A DNA stretch of 63,067 nt, counting the filler, from Saprolegnia diclina VS20 (taxonomy: Eukaryota): assembly GCF_000281045.1 (NCBI RefSeq). It is 5 parts of 2 records of this genome, joined end to end, with 100 filler letters (N's around TTAATTAATTAA, not from the genome) between each part and the next. Parts side by side here need not be neighbours in the genome. Positions count along the whole stretch, not along the records: positions 1 to 26,316 come from NW_008246087.1; positions 26,417 to 45,609 come from NW_008246087.1; 3 more parts are not named here. One strand, given 5' to 3'. The notes beneath the pieces were generated by a model, which did no database searches, had not been told where the DNA came from, and worked only from the letters and a program-made list of their open reading frames with translations. The position numbers and the translations under genes were made by a program. Each line of letters starts with the position of its first letter. Position 1 is the stretch's first letter. Positions 24,418 through 37,393 of this stretch are shown here, piece by piece.

Positions 24418-25674
24418 CGCCGGATGATGACTGGACCAAGGTCGGGCAATATTTTTGGCCCGTCGAAATATTATATTCAGTCGCCCACACTTGAAGTTCG
24501 TTTTCTTTTCTTTTATATTTCCGTTGTCTTGTGATTTCTATACAACGGTCGCGCCATTTCAAAATAATTTTCGAGCAATTCAATCGCTCGAAATCCGGCG
24601 CAGTGGCGGAGGCCAGCGCCGTGTCCAGGTCGCGATGGCCGGCGACGGTCCCGGCACCGACGATGGCCACGATGGCCCGCAGCGCCCGATCGCGCGATGA
24701 GCCTGCAGGCGCAGCCTGGACCGGCGCGGCTACTGCGCGCGGCGGCGTGAGGCGGCGGCGCCACGAAGCGACGGACGCCGTCGACGCGACATGTGGCGCA
24801 AGTCGTTGGATTCCTGCCATGTGCAATGACCCTCATACAAGCTGGATCGCGACGACGAGTCACGCGCGTGGACGAAACATGGGCGCCGCGCGGAAGGAAG
24901 TCCCCACGGGCGTCTCTCGTAAAGAGACGAGGCCCGCACGCTACCGTAGAGGCAGTAACCTCATGGCGTCGTCGGCGAGTAGCTCGAACGCTGCGGTCCC
25001 ACGCGACCAACTTCAAGCGCCCATCCTCGCAGAGATGCATTCGAGATGCGATCGCAACACGTGGTTGCACGCGTGGGTGCTCTGTGGACGCGACGTCCCC
25101 AAGTGCCCATCCCTCGCTCCTCATCAGTCCAATGTAGCAGAGGCGATGGACCGCATCAAGCTCGCGCTTTGGACGGTCAGAGGGTCGGCGAGTCGATGAC
25201 CTAATGACCTGCGTCGCTCTCGAGAGCGTACACTGTACGCCCGGCGATGGCCGAGATGCCTACTGCAACCTGGTCGGGCACGTGCATACGCGGCGAGCCA
25301 TTGGTCCACGCGAGTGACGCCTGTATCTTCCCAGTCGACCGCTGATCGCAGCTTCAGCAGGCACAGTGATCCTACGGCGACTGGAGACTGGCTATCGACC
25401 TGCTCTGTGCGACTCGGTGTGACCCTCTCTTGGCCGCCCGTCAGGCATTGCTAGTCTGTGCTACTATAGTGTATTTTTGATTTGCGCCGTTGACAACCAC
25501 GCCATACGTGGCACGCTGCGCGAGCAGCAAGCGTCGCTGGTGCTGTGCGTCGAGCTCCGTATGCAGCCTACCTCTGGTTTGCATTGTTGATTCGCGAGCG
25601 GTCGCTGAAACGGGTGTCGTTTCCGGTAAAAGGGCAGCAAAGATCGCGGATCTTCATTTTCAAAAGACCCGACG

Positions 25675-26268
25675 ATGGAGAAGGAGGCCGCGCTGACGCA
25701 GCACCAAGGCGGCTTGGCCGAGTACCCGAGCCGCAAGCCACTCCAGAAGGCCCTCGTCGTCTCGATCTTCGTGTACCTTGTGTCGTTTGCCTTTACGTGG
25801 TACAAGGTGTACTGGGACACGCTCATCTCGCTCGCGTTTGTCGTCCTTGGCTACTATGCCATCTACGACCCCAACAGCCGCCCCATGGGCAAGGCCTTTC
25901 ACCTCGTACGTCGGCCTATTACTCTCGCTCGTATGCTGATGGCTGTAGTTTTATCTCGGGCTCATGCTCTGCATTCTGCTGCACACGATTGCATTTGCGA
26001 CGCTCGTCGCCGAGCTCGTGAGCAGCCAAGTCGAAGCGCATCTCAACCTCAAACTCATCAACTCGCCCACGGGCCTCGTCATCTTTCTCATCATCCTCGA
26101 GCTCGGCTACATGGCGCTCACGGTACGACCAAGCATTCTCATCTTGCTTTACGCAATGGACACACTAGGGCGTTGCGATCGGGCTGTGCTTCCGCCTCCG
26201 GTGCGAGGTCGACGGTATCGTTGAAGACCCGAACGAGTACCACGAGCTCCTCTAAGAAGCGCTCGTGA
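25675..26268 (+). CDS. Small multi-pass membrane protein of unknown function (spliced)
   Basis: MEKEAAL start with 4 hydrophobic segments across ORFs 25675 and 25964, joined by short GT-AG introns. Confidence 0.6.
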   Translation: MEKEAALTQHQGGLAEYPSRKPLQKALVVSIFVYLVSFAFTWYKVYWDTLISLAFVVLGYYAIYDPNSRPMGKAFHLVRRPITLARMLMAVVLSRAHALHSAAHDCICDARRRAREQPSRSASQPQTHQLAHGPRHLSHHPRARLHGAHGTTKHSHLALRNGHTRALRSGCASASGARSTVSLKTRTSTTSSSKKRS

Positions 26269-26316
26269 CGTGTGTTCTATAACGTCCAATGTCATGTCAA
26301 TTGTTCATTTTCATTT

Positions 26317-26416
26317 NNNNNNNNNNNNNNNNNNNNNNNNNNNNNNNNNNNNNNNNNNNNTTAATTAATTAANNNNNNNNNNNNNNNNNNNNNNNNNNNN
26401 NNNNNNNNNNNNNNNN
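26317..26416. other. Artificial scaffold linker (N-TTAATTAATTAA-N)
   Basis: 100-nt block of Ns with a central TTAATTAATTAA (stops in all frames). The identical block occurs 4 times in the window. Confidence 0.97.
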
Positions 26417-26814
26417 TGTCTCGTTTATGTTGCGTCTCTGATCCAACTTTGCCGCGAGTCCGAACGATTGCGAGAAGACTCTGTTCCGTCGGGCTCGCGC
26501 AGCGAGATATGCGCTACCGTGACGGTTTCAAAAAATATATCTTGTTCACTGCCAGGCCTTCCTTGATGTAGCGTGCTTGACAGCTCAACGCCACAACAAC
26601 CAAGCTCGTTAGTTTATCTCTAGCTACGGATGCCAACCCCGTAGGCTTGGAAATTCGCGTTACCAGGGCCGGGCAACGATCGACACGCACAGGCCGGAGA
26701 CGTTGATCGCAAATGATTTCTGTGGTCAGCTCCATGTGGGCGATGAAACGAACTCTGTGACGTTAAGGTCACTTTGCATTTGCAACGAACGGATCGCAGG
26801 CCGCAACGCAGACC

Positions 26815-27630
26815 ATGTTTGCCCGAACTGTCACCTCGTCGACGCAAGTGTCCGTGGTCCAGACACCCGGACGCCAACGAGTTGGCAAAGGCAAGCCCAA
26901 GGCCAAGCTCAGTCAGCAGCGGTACCGTACGCAGAAGCGGGAGCAGCTTGAACACCTCGAGCACTACGTCCAGCAGCTCCAGCGGCACATCGCACGCTGC
27001 GAAGGCCAGCTCGAGGTCTTGCGCACACCCGTGTGTTCGCACGACGGTGTTCTCCGCACCGCGGCCGATTACTTTTCGCACTTTCGCCTCGGATACCAGG
27101 TCCACCGACCGGACTTGAAGCAGCAACAAGACGCGTTCCTCCGCAGCGTCATGCACTCCGACTTGCTCATTATGAACGAGGTATGCGTTGTCACTTTCCA
27201 ATTCCAAATGGTATAGTATGGCAACTAGAGAAGTCTCGAGAAGCTTTTTGCCCAGTGGCAGCTCTACTACCACCTCTTTCCGGCGTTTGAGATGGAGATA
27301 TTGGCGCTCGACGTGCTCGTCTGCGATGAGACGCGTCTCGTGCGCGCGCCGGTGACGCTTCACCTGCGTCTCTCTCGCTACTCGCTGCAGTGTCTCTGCC
27401 CGCACATTTTGCAGGACGAGTGGCTCGTCCAGCGTTTGGTGGGCCAAGTGCTCTCGGTGCCAACGATGATTCATTTTCATTTTCGAAGCGACGGCGCGAT
27501 CGACCAAATGGAGACAGCGACCGACATCGCGGCAGCGCTCGTCAGTCTTTTGGGCAGCACAGACGAGGCGCTTGCCGTGGCGGACGGCGCGCAGATGAAC
27601 TCAAGTGGCGAGCTCACGCTGCTCCAGTAG
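26815..27630 (+). CDS. Oomycete-type bZIP transcription factor with conserved C-terminal domain, copy 1
   Basis: KAKLSQQRYRTQKREQLEHLEHYVQQLQRHIARCE; intron 27181-27228; C-terminal LRLSRYSLQCLCPHIL...LVGQVL...FHFRSDGAI. Confidence 0.85.
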
Positions 27631-27927
27631 TGCGCTAGCCTTCTTTATTTGTAATTCATTTTCTGGTGTACGACCTTTCTGGTGCCTCTGTCGTCCGGAG
27701 CGTAAGCCACCGCGTTTCACATTCGATTCGGGCACTGCAAATCTCTGCAGGCAGCCCAGACAGACAGTGTCGGCAAAATAATTACTAGATATACTCACTT
27801 GGCACTCGCGATCAACTTTTGTATTGTGATGTGTCCTTTCCACAGCTTTGTTGCGGTGCCTGTGGGTGCTCATATAATGACAATGGACACTATATTTTCT
27901 CGCTTTAGCGACATGGTGGTCGAAGTC

Positions 27928-28745
27928 TCATGGGCAAGAAGTGGGGCTGCTCACGAGCTCGGCGTTCCCCTTCATGCGAGCCCCGTCCAGTACAAGGAGC
28001 GTGTCATTGACATCGCGAAGCAGCTCTTCGAGGCTGGCCGTCATGTTGGCAGTCGTCTCGAGCTCTTCGATACGACCGCTCGCGTCGTAATGAAAGTGGA
28101 TCAATATCGGCAAATGGAGCACTTGGCCGACGAGCTTTTGGACAATGCGCTCGTTGCTGAGCACGTGCGGGTAGAGGCACTCGATGGTATAACGGGAGAT
28201 GCGGAGGTGCATGACGGCGGGGGCCCGCACGATCGCCGCGTCTGCGAGCTTGATGGTTTCGAGGCGTGGACACGCCATCTCAAACGACTGAAAGAGCGAG
28301 TGGTACAGCGTCCACTGCTCAAAGAGCTTTTGAATGCCAATCTACTCGCAAATACGGTCGGTCGTATGTACTGAGATGCAAAATTCGGTACCTGGCCCAT
28401 GAAGCGGATGTCAGGCTGCATGACGCTCCGAAGAAAGTCGCATTGATATTGCCCGTACGACGGCATGCTTTTCTGGGAACTGTGCCGGAAAATGCGAAAA
28501 TACTCGTTCGCAACCTGCACTTCCGGTTCGTGGAGCCGAACCGAGCTGCGCAAAATGTCGAGTTGGCCCTGGTACCGCGCGATTTGGTTGTGCAGCTCGG
28601 CGACTTCCCGTTCGCGACCTTCCAGTGCATGGCGCTTCTGGGCCCGATACCGCTGCTGGTTGAGGCGGCTCTGGGAGCGGCGGAGCACGACGTCGTCGCT
28701 GAGCGGGCGGATCTGCGGCACATATGGCGCGGGTCGGTGGAGCAT
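27928..28745 (-). CDS. Oomycete-type bZIP transcription factor, copy 2
   Basis: RSQSRLNQQRYRAQKRHALEGREREVAELHNQIARYQGQL; intron after FMGQ; LRISRYTIECLYPHVL...FHYDASGRI. Confidence 0.87.
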
Positions 28746-29897
28746 GTTTGTGCAAAAGCGGTCAAATTCGAAACTACGAATAACGTAAACCGGCGTTGCT
28801 GCTCGGCGCCAAAGAATTGCGACGCGGTATCCTTCGATATCGGGCCGTTGCAAGATATTTATATGTCACAGATTTGTACAAACCGTGATGTGTCGTACAC
28901 CGTACGTGATCAGAGGTAATCGTTGTCGTTCCACGTGAAAGGAATGGTTCCGACGCCAACTTCGTGGCTACCGCAGCAACATCAATATTTTTGTCGCCCT
29001 TGGCACTGAAAAAATAAAATAAGACCGAGACCGCAGGGCACTGCGACGAGAACGAGGCAATGAACGCACGTGCGTCACACCGCGTCCGTGCGTGCCCACG
29101 CGCTGCGTTTTCGGCGAAACGAAAAGCGTCGAAACAGTCCTCTCGCATGATTTTGCGCACGTTATTGGGAGGAAGTGTGACCGCGCATCGTCACTGTACG
29201 CCGCCAACAACGCCTTGGCTTGTGTCTCGTTCCTCTGGCCTCAACTGAACAGAGAAGAAGAGCATGTGTCAAGTCCGCGTTCGTCGTTCCAGAATTGTAT
29301 TATGCAAAGCAACGTGGCATCACAGTGCATACAAACATCAAGTTTGCATATCTTGCGTAATTTACCCGCTGCTGATTGGCCAACTTCACGGCCACACAGC
29401 TTGAAATCGACCAATCCTCGTGCAGCGATTTGGAAACTACATGTGCCACCCCGTTCGCATTTGCCGCCCGAAGTACCGGTACACCTCGAAGCACATGAAT
29501 CAATCCACAAAGCATGCGTGCAGTTGCAGCGGTAGCATCTCTCGTGCAGCTGCGTTGGCCGTGCCTGTCGCTAAACGGTACAAGTGGCCTCGAAAACGTT
29601 TCGCCGGGGTCCGCAGCTGCCGAAAGGCCCTTGCACACAGCTTTTTAGGCACGCCAGATAGCTACTGCTGAAGTTCTGGACCGCGTGATCTTTGAGGGTG
29701 CTTCATATTACGATGATGGGACCGTACGAATGGTTGGAGCTGCCACCTATTTCTCTCCGTGCCGTTCGATGATTTGGACTGGGGATCAAGATTATGGTCC
29801 TTGACATGGCTGTCATCCCTGTCGAGCAAAGTTCTTGCCGCACAAAGAAGAAACATAGATATATGAGCACGTATGGATGCATTATATGAATGCATTA

Positions 29898-30682
29898 TTA
29901 GCTGCTCGTGATGGTCTTTTCGACTTGGAGCTCGGCGTTGTGCTTGATGCGGGCGCCGTCCAGCACAACAAGCGTGTCTTCGACGCTCTCGAGAAGGTTG
30001 GCCCAGCCCACAGTCATGTCGGCGGCCGTGTCGAAAATGATGACGCGGCCGTCTTCGTCATAATGCAAGAGGATCAGCACCGACATGCGCAGCACTTGAC
30101 CAATGAGCTTTTGCACAAGCCGCTCGTTGCTGAGCACGTGCGGGTATAGCGCCTGGAGCGTCGTCCGCGAGATGCGCAGATCCATGTTGGCGGGCGCCCG
30201 CACGACGCGGTTGTGCTCGAGCGTCATCGTTGTCATTTGCGTACACGTCATTTCAAACGAGTGAAAGAGCGTGTGGTACAGCGTCCACTGGTCGAGGAGC
30301 TTTTGGATGCCAATCTATGGGAGCGTCAACTACTATGATAGTACAAGCGACTCCAAGATCGTACCTGCCCCATAAAGTTGACGCCTGCGTCCATGGTCGC
30401 GTTCAGAAACTCAAACTGTTGCTGCGCGTTGCGCGACTGGCTGTAGCGGAAGATGCGAAAGTACTCGGCCGCGACGTGCACCTCGGGCTGGCTCAGACGC
30501 ACGGCGGCGCGGAGCACGTCGAGCTGGCCTTCGAGGCGGGCGACCTTCTTGGCGAGCTCTGGCACCTCCTTCTCGAGCTTGGCGTGCGACTGCTTCTTGT
30601 TGACGCGGTACCGCTTCTGGTTGACGCGGCAGCGCGCGAGGCGCTTCGCCTTGGCTGCTTCGTCTTCGCCTGTCGTCGTCAT
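29898..30682 (-). CDS. Oomycete-type bZIP transcription factor, copy 3 (Cys-type basic region)
   Basis: RLARCRVNQKRYRVNKKQSHAKLEKEVPELAKKVARLEGQL; intron after FMGQ; LRISRTTLQALYPHVL...LHYDEDGRV. Confidence 0.87.
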
Positions 30683-32089
30683 GGCGAATTCAATTCTGAA
30701 CGTGGTGGGTAACACCGATCCCAGCGGCGCCGAGGTCGACCGATTCGTATTTTGACGTCACCGGCCAAACATTAGACATTCCATAAATAGCCGCGTGTCG
30801 CAAATGCTTGAAAGCAATACAAAGCAATGGCATTGGTGCCTTGGTGCCAACTTTGTAAATGTCGTCACGAAGCCGTAGGTGCTGTATTGGAAGCAACGAG
30901 GCAACGCGTGCCTTGCACAATGCTTGGCAGGCAAGCGCAACAATCTCGTAGCGACCGACGAATCGAGCATTTTTAAAGAACTCGAATGCAGCTGCTCGAT
31001 AGCACGGCCCTCCCTCACACAGCCGCGGCAGATGGCAGACAAGTTGCGACGCAAGGTGTGTCAAACTTACGTGACTCGGTGCAAGCGGGTGGATCACCAA
31101 GAAAAGTGATCATCGCTCGGCGTGGCTTTCTCTTGTGTTAGAATTAGTCTCGGCGTGCTGCTATCTCGCTCTCTGGGCACGGCTGCGATGGCAAAGTCGT
31201 CGACGGAAGCTTTCGAGGAGCGTCGTCCGAAGCCGTCAACTGGAGGATGGGGATAGGACCGTCGTGCCGGACGTTGCAAAGCAATTTAGCGTGACGACAC
31301 CGGCCTTCCTGCGTCCTGTGCTCGTCCTGAGATCTGAAACGCTACTGGAATGAGGCGTTGAAGAGCGAGGTAGTATGGTCATTTGTGTCAACGGAGCAGC
31401 ACCGACCACTTCTTCTGTCTGTCCAGCGCCCATCGAGTTCAATCCATTCACGATTGCAGCGCACCGATCAGCCCTTGCGATAGCTTTGATAGCCTTGCGA
31501 CGCAGCTGGATGTTGCTGGACAGTGGTAACTATGAAAAGACCAAGCTACTAACGTTACTAGTACCTCGGACGCAGCTCATCTAGTAATCGAATAGGCTCG
31601 GTCGAGACCTGTGGTGGAAGTATGAATAGCACTGTATCTTTCTTGTGCCGGACTTGGTCGATTCCCATCGAACGGCAGAGAAGTCGTGGGTGCCAGCTGC
31701 GTGAGGTGTGTGAGATCTGCGCGATCTGGACGTGACTCTAGACAGAAACGTCGCTTCCATCGGGAGCTGCTGCAGAGAACAACGACGACCCGCTTCAGAT
31801 TACCAAGTGCATGAGCGAGGAAGTCAGGTGAAGCTCCGGTTTTGCGTGTCCATGCCACGCAAATGGCACTGCAAGTTCAGAACAAAGCATTGATGATGTC
31901 TGTTCCACCAATCGCATGTCTACAAGGTGTCTATTGGGTGTTCACAAGCCGTGTCTAACACGTCAACATAACATAAAAAAATGTTTTTACTATTGCTGAG
32001 CTGGACACTGGGCTACATTCCATCAACACGCTCTCGTACATAAACCAGTGTGGAGAGCAAATAACATTATCACGTCCTACGAGCAATCG

Positions 32090-32953
32090 CTATGCAGCGC
32101 TCGGTGCTTGCAGCTCGGCCTCGGCCGTGATTCGGACGCCGTCGAGCACCGTGAGCGTGTCTTCAAAGCTCTCCAGCATGTCTCTCATGCCAACGACAAT
32201 GTCGGCAAACGTATCGAAGCGCGTCACGACGCCGCGGCCGTCAAAGTGGAATTGGCAGAGCACCGGCATGCGCAGGACGCGGCCCACCATGCGCTGCACA
32301 AGCGCTTCCGAGCGCAGGACGTGTGGGTACAAGGTCTCGATCGAGCGGCGCGAGAGGCGCAAATGGAGCACCGCTGGCGCACGCACCATCGTCGTGAGAG
32401 CGTCGAGGTGGACGATCTCCAAGGACGGGCACTCCATCGTGAACGAGTGGAAGAGCGTGTGGTACAAGGTCCACTGCGCAAAGAGCTTGTCAATACCATC
32501 CTACACAGCCATATTTTCATAAGCACAAAGTCGTATGGCGTCAAGCGTGTGTACCTGACCCATAAACACGAGGTTCGGGTCCATAACGCCCGAGAGAAAG
32601 GCCCGCTGGACCTGCGCCACGTTGGGCGCATCGACTTGAAAGCCGTCGCGAAACATGTTGAAATACTCGAGCGCCGTCTTGAGCTCGGGCTCACGGAGGC
32701 GCACGGCCGAGCGCAGCGCCTCGACCTGGCCTTCGTACCGAGCGACTTGGTTTGTGAGTTCCTGCACCTCGCCTTCGAGCGCGTCGAACGCTTGGCGCTG
32801 CTCGGCGCGGTACCGGCGCTGGTTGACTTTGCTCTGCGCCCGGCGCACGACCTTGCGCGCGCTGATCTTGTCGAGCGGCGCCGCGGCCTTGGTGAGGCCC
32901 ATGCTGCTCGCGTACTTGGCCGTCGCTGGCACGAGCGGTCGCTTGCCGACCAT
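32090..32953 (-). CDS. Oomycete-type bZIP transcription factor, copy 4
   Basis: RRAQSKVNQRRYRAEQRQAFDALEGEVQELTNQVARYEGQV; intron after FMGQ; LRLSRRSIETLYPHVL...FHFDGRGVV. Confidence 0.87.
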
Positions 32954-35900
32954 TGGAGCTGAAATTGTAAAGTGGGGCTGGCGATAGATCTGGACGCAGC
33001 ACATGCTTTTAATTGGCCAACGTCATGTCAAAACAGCCAATCAGCGCGTATGCAGGCCGACAACGCCCTGTGAGAGTACTTGGCTGCTGTTGTATTTTAT
33101 CCAATCCGAGCGATTGCGTGTGAGGACGGCATGCGACATGAATACTGAAACCAGCAAACACTTTCCACGTTGTTTACGTGAGCGCGTCGAGGGACCGCGA
33201 CAAAAAAAGCTGGGAAGGACCACAAAGCGCAAATTAGAATGTGAAATGTGGCACAAAACATGACCAGGCGCCCGACTAGTTATGAAGGCGCGCTGGAGCT
33301 CGTAGGCCCGTTGGCGGAGTCGCCGAGCTCGAGTGTGGTACGTTTCTGAAGTGCGCCATTTGAGAGGTGGAACATGAGCTGGCGTCAGGATTGAAGCTGA
33401 CGTGATGCGTGAGGAAGATACGCTTGATGCGTGAGGAAGACACGCACAACCAAAATAACGCGAGATTGGGATTTGAACGTGCTACCAATCAATCGTTCGT
33501 TGCGTCTCGCCCCAACAACAAAGGGACTGTGCAACGAAACGAAATGACCTTTTCAGCTGAAGAACATAACCACGTTCAACTCCTAACGCACTGAAACCAT
33601 CCCCACTGGAGAAGGCACCAAGAAATGACTTGCGACTCGGAGCCAAATGCTGAGCATACACGTACCTCACGTACCTGCTCTCGGTGCGGACCGCGTTGTG
33701 AGCGTGTATCGAGGTACAGCTCGCTTGTCTGCAGCTGCTGTACGAGCATTTTTTCCACGCATAACGTTAGTCGCCATACGTAAACTTGCGCACGAGTGTT
33801 GCGCCAAGCAAGGCGGGGTTTGATTCTTGGTGGATTGTCCCGTATGTTTTAAATAGTGCAATGAGTGTTTCCTCAATCAAGACCGAGCTACTTGGGGGCA
33901 ACAACCGTGTTGGTGTCCGCCATGCCAGAGGTGGGCGAGGCGCGGGTTAGCTTTTGACTGATACTACAAATTCGTGGATGGCTCGAGCCGCTTGCTCTGC
34001 GCCTGGACGTGTGCGTGCTTCCATATCTTGGTCTTCTAGAACGCTCGGCCTTGCGCGGAAAACCTCTTCCACTTCTTGGAAACGGCACAATTTTGCACAT
34101 ATTATCAGACATGGTACCAACGCATGTCGGTACCATGTCTAGCGGCGCGTGTCGCTCAAATGCACTTGCACCACAGCCTCGTTCAAAACCCAGGGCAGAT
34201 GGCTCTACGTCGCCTTCTCCGGCTCCTCGCTCAACACGAGTGGCCGCGTCAGCACCTTGTCCCGCGGATCGCGCTCCTGCCTCCGCCGGCCTAGATCAAG
34301 ATCATCACCAGCGCCTACACAACGAAGAAAGTCCGACAATTTTATTTAGCGTAGATTTACGTATCTATTTTAATAGAAGACCCACTTCAACAACAACCAA
34401 CGCATGTCGGTCGATTCAGTAGAGATTTGTTGGGCCCTTCCAGCGGTGGCCACTATGAACATATATCGAATGCCACACCAGTTTCGTACTGAAGAAGTCT
34501 AATTCGCTTTAATTTCAGTCATGGTGGTGAATGGTTGACTCGAAGCGGGATGGTCCGCGTTGGCAAGATCTGCTGTCAAGAGCTTCCATTCACATAGTAT
34601 CCGGATCCGGATATATATAGACCTATGTTGCAATGTTTCAAGCTACGCGTGCATGGCGAACTCAAGTGGGTTTCGACGTAGAACTGCTAGGTTGGTGGCG
34701 TTCTCGATCAACCCCGTCGCCAGCGCTATTGAGCATCCAAGCAATGTGCGCACTCCCCGTTAGTGACCGCCCTGCGCCACAACGGATGGCCATACACCAC
34801 ATCCGCAGTGAGTATAATAGTTGTGAGGTGTTTTGCTCGTGCTCGTCCGAAGGCAAATTCAGGAATGTGAGTGGTTGGGATGCTCTGCATGGAGGCTAGT
34901 CCCGACGGTAGCCTCGCTACCACGAAATTACGAATGGTGTGCATGTCGAGGGCTGCCTTGACGCGGTTGGGAGACTGTTCCACGCTACGCCATTGGCGGG
35001 TAAACTTCGTGCGCATGAAGTCGGTCAACGACTTTTTGTCAAGGGTGTTGCGAAGACTGCCGTCAAAAGTTTTCCTTCTGACGGCCCCAAGGCCAGTGCA
35101 GCGGGCTTGGACGTGGAGGGCAAATGCGGCAAACGATTGGCTAGCGTCGCAAAGATCCAAGGCAAGCTATTGGTCCTCGACGCATAACTCAACATCAAAG
35201 AGCGACAAGAATGGCTGCACGCGAGAGAGGCTGGTCGTATCGAATCACCAACGACACCACTCTCGTCACCAGCCGAATCAGCAACAAACGCCGACAGAGC
35301 AGAATGTCGATCGTAGGAGTCCTGAGATCCCCTGCACGAAGTCTCAAACGCAGGAACGTTGTCCACAGAGAACACGACGCAGAGCATGAACAAAGACGTA
35401 AAATAACCAGGGCGTACTAAAAAATAGCAAAGGCATTAAATAGTTGTGCCCTTGGTATTGACTTCTAAACTGCATACCTCCAACAATACGCCTCGAGAAA
35501 GTTCTTTTTGCATTGACCCTTGCCTCGGGGACGAGGTGACTGTGAACTCGTCAAGACGTTGGTCGGTGCTGTCGGTGTCCCTGTTGAGGATATTGATAGG
35601 CACGCAGCTGCCAGTACTTGTTCGCCTTTCTGTGCGACAATATGAGCGATTGTTCTACTCGTCACTACTAATACGCCAGCAGGCACTACGCTAGCAATAA
35701 CATGATCGATCGCAAGGCGGCGAGGCATCCCTACAATACTGCAGGGTGTGTTGTTGTACACTTCTTCGTCGTACTACTGTATGCAAGGCCGGTCGCGGCT
35801 CCAGCTCCGAGCAGCGACTCGTATATTTTGCCGAAATAGCACGGCAGTTCCCATGCAGCCATGAGCCATGCTAGTTCGGCGGCAAATAGTGCGTCTATGA

Positions 35901-36874
35901 CCTCGACACTCTGCAAGTTTGAACTCGTAGTACAGTGTATTGACCTGGCAAACGAGCTCCGCGTTCGTTCGTTGAGACCAACCCCATTGGATACCCCAGC
36001 CCTACTTCTGGCGACGCGAAGACGGGGGCAGAGCTCGGGGCAGCAGCCCAATCTGGAGCCCTCATTCTAGATTTGTGTCCAACTGGAGCTCACATGCGCT
36101 TTGTTCGACGCAACGTGCATTGCATAACTTCATGCAGTACGGATACCGTGAACCTTGATAAACCACTGGAAGCCACGTCCAGGAGCTCTAGAAGCGCCAG
36201 AAGCTCCAGAAGCTGCTCCAGATTCTCGCCCTGCTCATCGTGCTGTCCAAGGCGCCAAACATAAGGGAAATCGACGCCCTCAAGGAGCAATTTCCAAGCA
36301 CGTTCCTGAGTGTCGAGACTCGCATACGGTGTTTCCCAAATGGCGCTCCTTCGCTGCCTCTCGGCACGACTCTAATTGCCGAGTGCGCTGCGACTTGCGT
36401 ACCGCACGCTTCAGAAAGCCCATTACACGTACAACCACGACCTTGTCGGACGTCAAGGGGACATGTTCGGGCACGCTTGCAGTGGGTGCGGCCTGTTTGT
36501 GCGAAGCCATTGCCTGCCTTTCGTCAGTCGTCGAGTGGCTAGAAATCGACACCGCCCTTCACCCGTGTGTTGACGAAACACCCAGCTGTCTACGCAGCTT
36601 GCGGTTGGTGCTGACACGTATCCCACTGGAGGGGCTTCTCTTGGTTTTAGTATGGTTGCGTCATCCGTCTCGACAAGCTCGACGGCGGCAATCAGATTGC
36701 ACTTGGCCTTTCTGAACGGCCACGAGAGCGAATGGGAAGCGACTTTACGGTATAATCCAATCGAGTTTCGCAGGTTTTGCGACGGTTTCCTGTCAAAATC
36801 AATATTCCTTGGCCGTTTGACGGCGGGACAACCGCATTTGGAGCGTTTTTGCACTTTCCAATTTGAACTTTGGG

Positions 36875-37393
36875 ATGGATCCGTTCAAGCTCAGTCCCAT
36901 CGCGCCCGGCTCGTCCAGCTTCTTTCCTACGCCCACCGAGATCTCGGGGGGTGTCCGATGGCTCCGCGACCACCCTGTCATGGCCGCTGCCACCTGCGCC
37001 GCCGCCACCGCCTTCTCGATGGCAGCCTACTTGGCCATGCAAGCCAAGGAGCCTGTCCGTCTGCTCCACGTGGCGCCCAGCGCCGAGCTCTTCCCGGCCA
37101 AGCGCACCGTGTCGCCGTCCGATAAAGCCACCGAGCAGGACAGCACGTTCGACTTCAGTGACTACAGCGAACTTCGCCACCACCGGCGGCGCAACACGAT
37201 GGAAGATGACTTGCCCGAGTGCCCCAAGTCGCCCGGCTACATGTCGCTGTCGCCGCTGGAGCATGCAGTGACAGCCGACCAAGGCGACGACATGGGCGGC
37301 ATTGGGTCGCCCGAATGGGGCTGGTACGTCTCGACCACACCGCCCGAGGACTACTACCCCGCGCCCGCCATTTGCTACGGCCGCTGCGAGTGA
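36875..37393 (+). CDS. Hypothetical small protein with one hydrophobic segment and a C-terminal SPEWGWYVSTTPP motif
   Basis: ORF with strong GC3 codon bias; several SP/TP sites. Confidence 0.7.
   Translation: MDPFKLSPIAPGSSSFFPTPTEISGGVRWLRDHPVMAAATCAAATAFSMAAYLAMQAKEPVRLLHVAPSAELFPAKRTVSPSDKATEQDSTFDFSDYSELRHHRRRNTMEDDLPECPKSPGYMSLSPLEHAVTADQGDDMGGIGSPEWGWYVSTTPPEDYYPAPAICYGRCE

Noticed and set aside
26317..26416. TTAATTAATTAA palindrome inside N runs (4 occurrences)
   Set aside because: Artificial all-frame-stop linker used to concatenate scaffolds.
30760..32000. Possible gene or transposon remnant between bZIP copies 3 and 4
   Set aside because: Short broken frames with no recognisable motif.
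34726..36715. ORFs of 100-190 aa in a lower-GC region
   Set aside because: No codon bias or domain motif; may be decayed coding or TE sequence but cannot be assigned.
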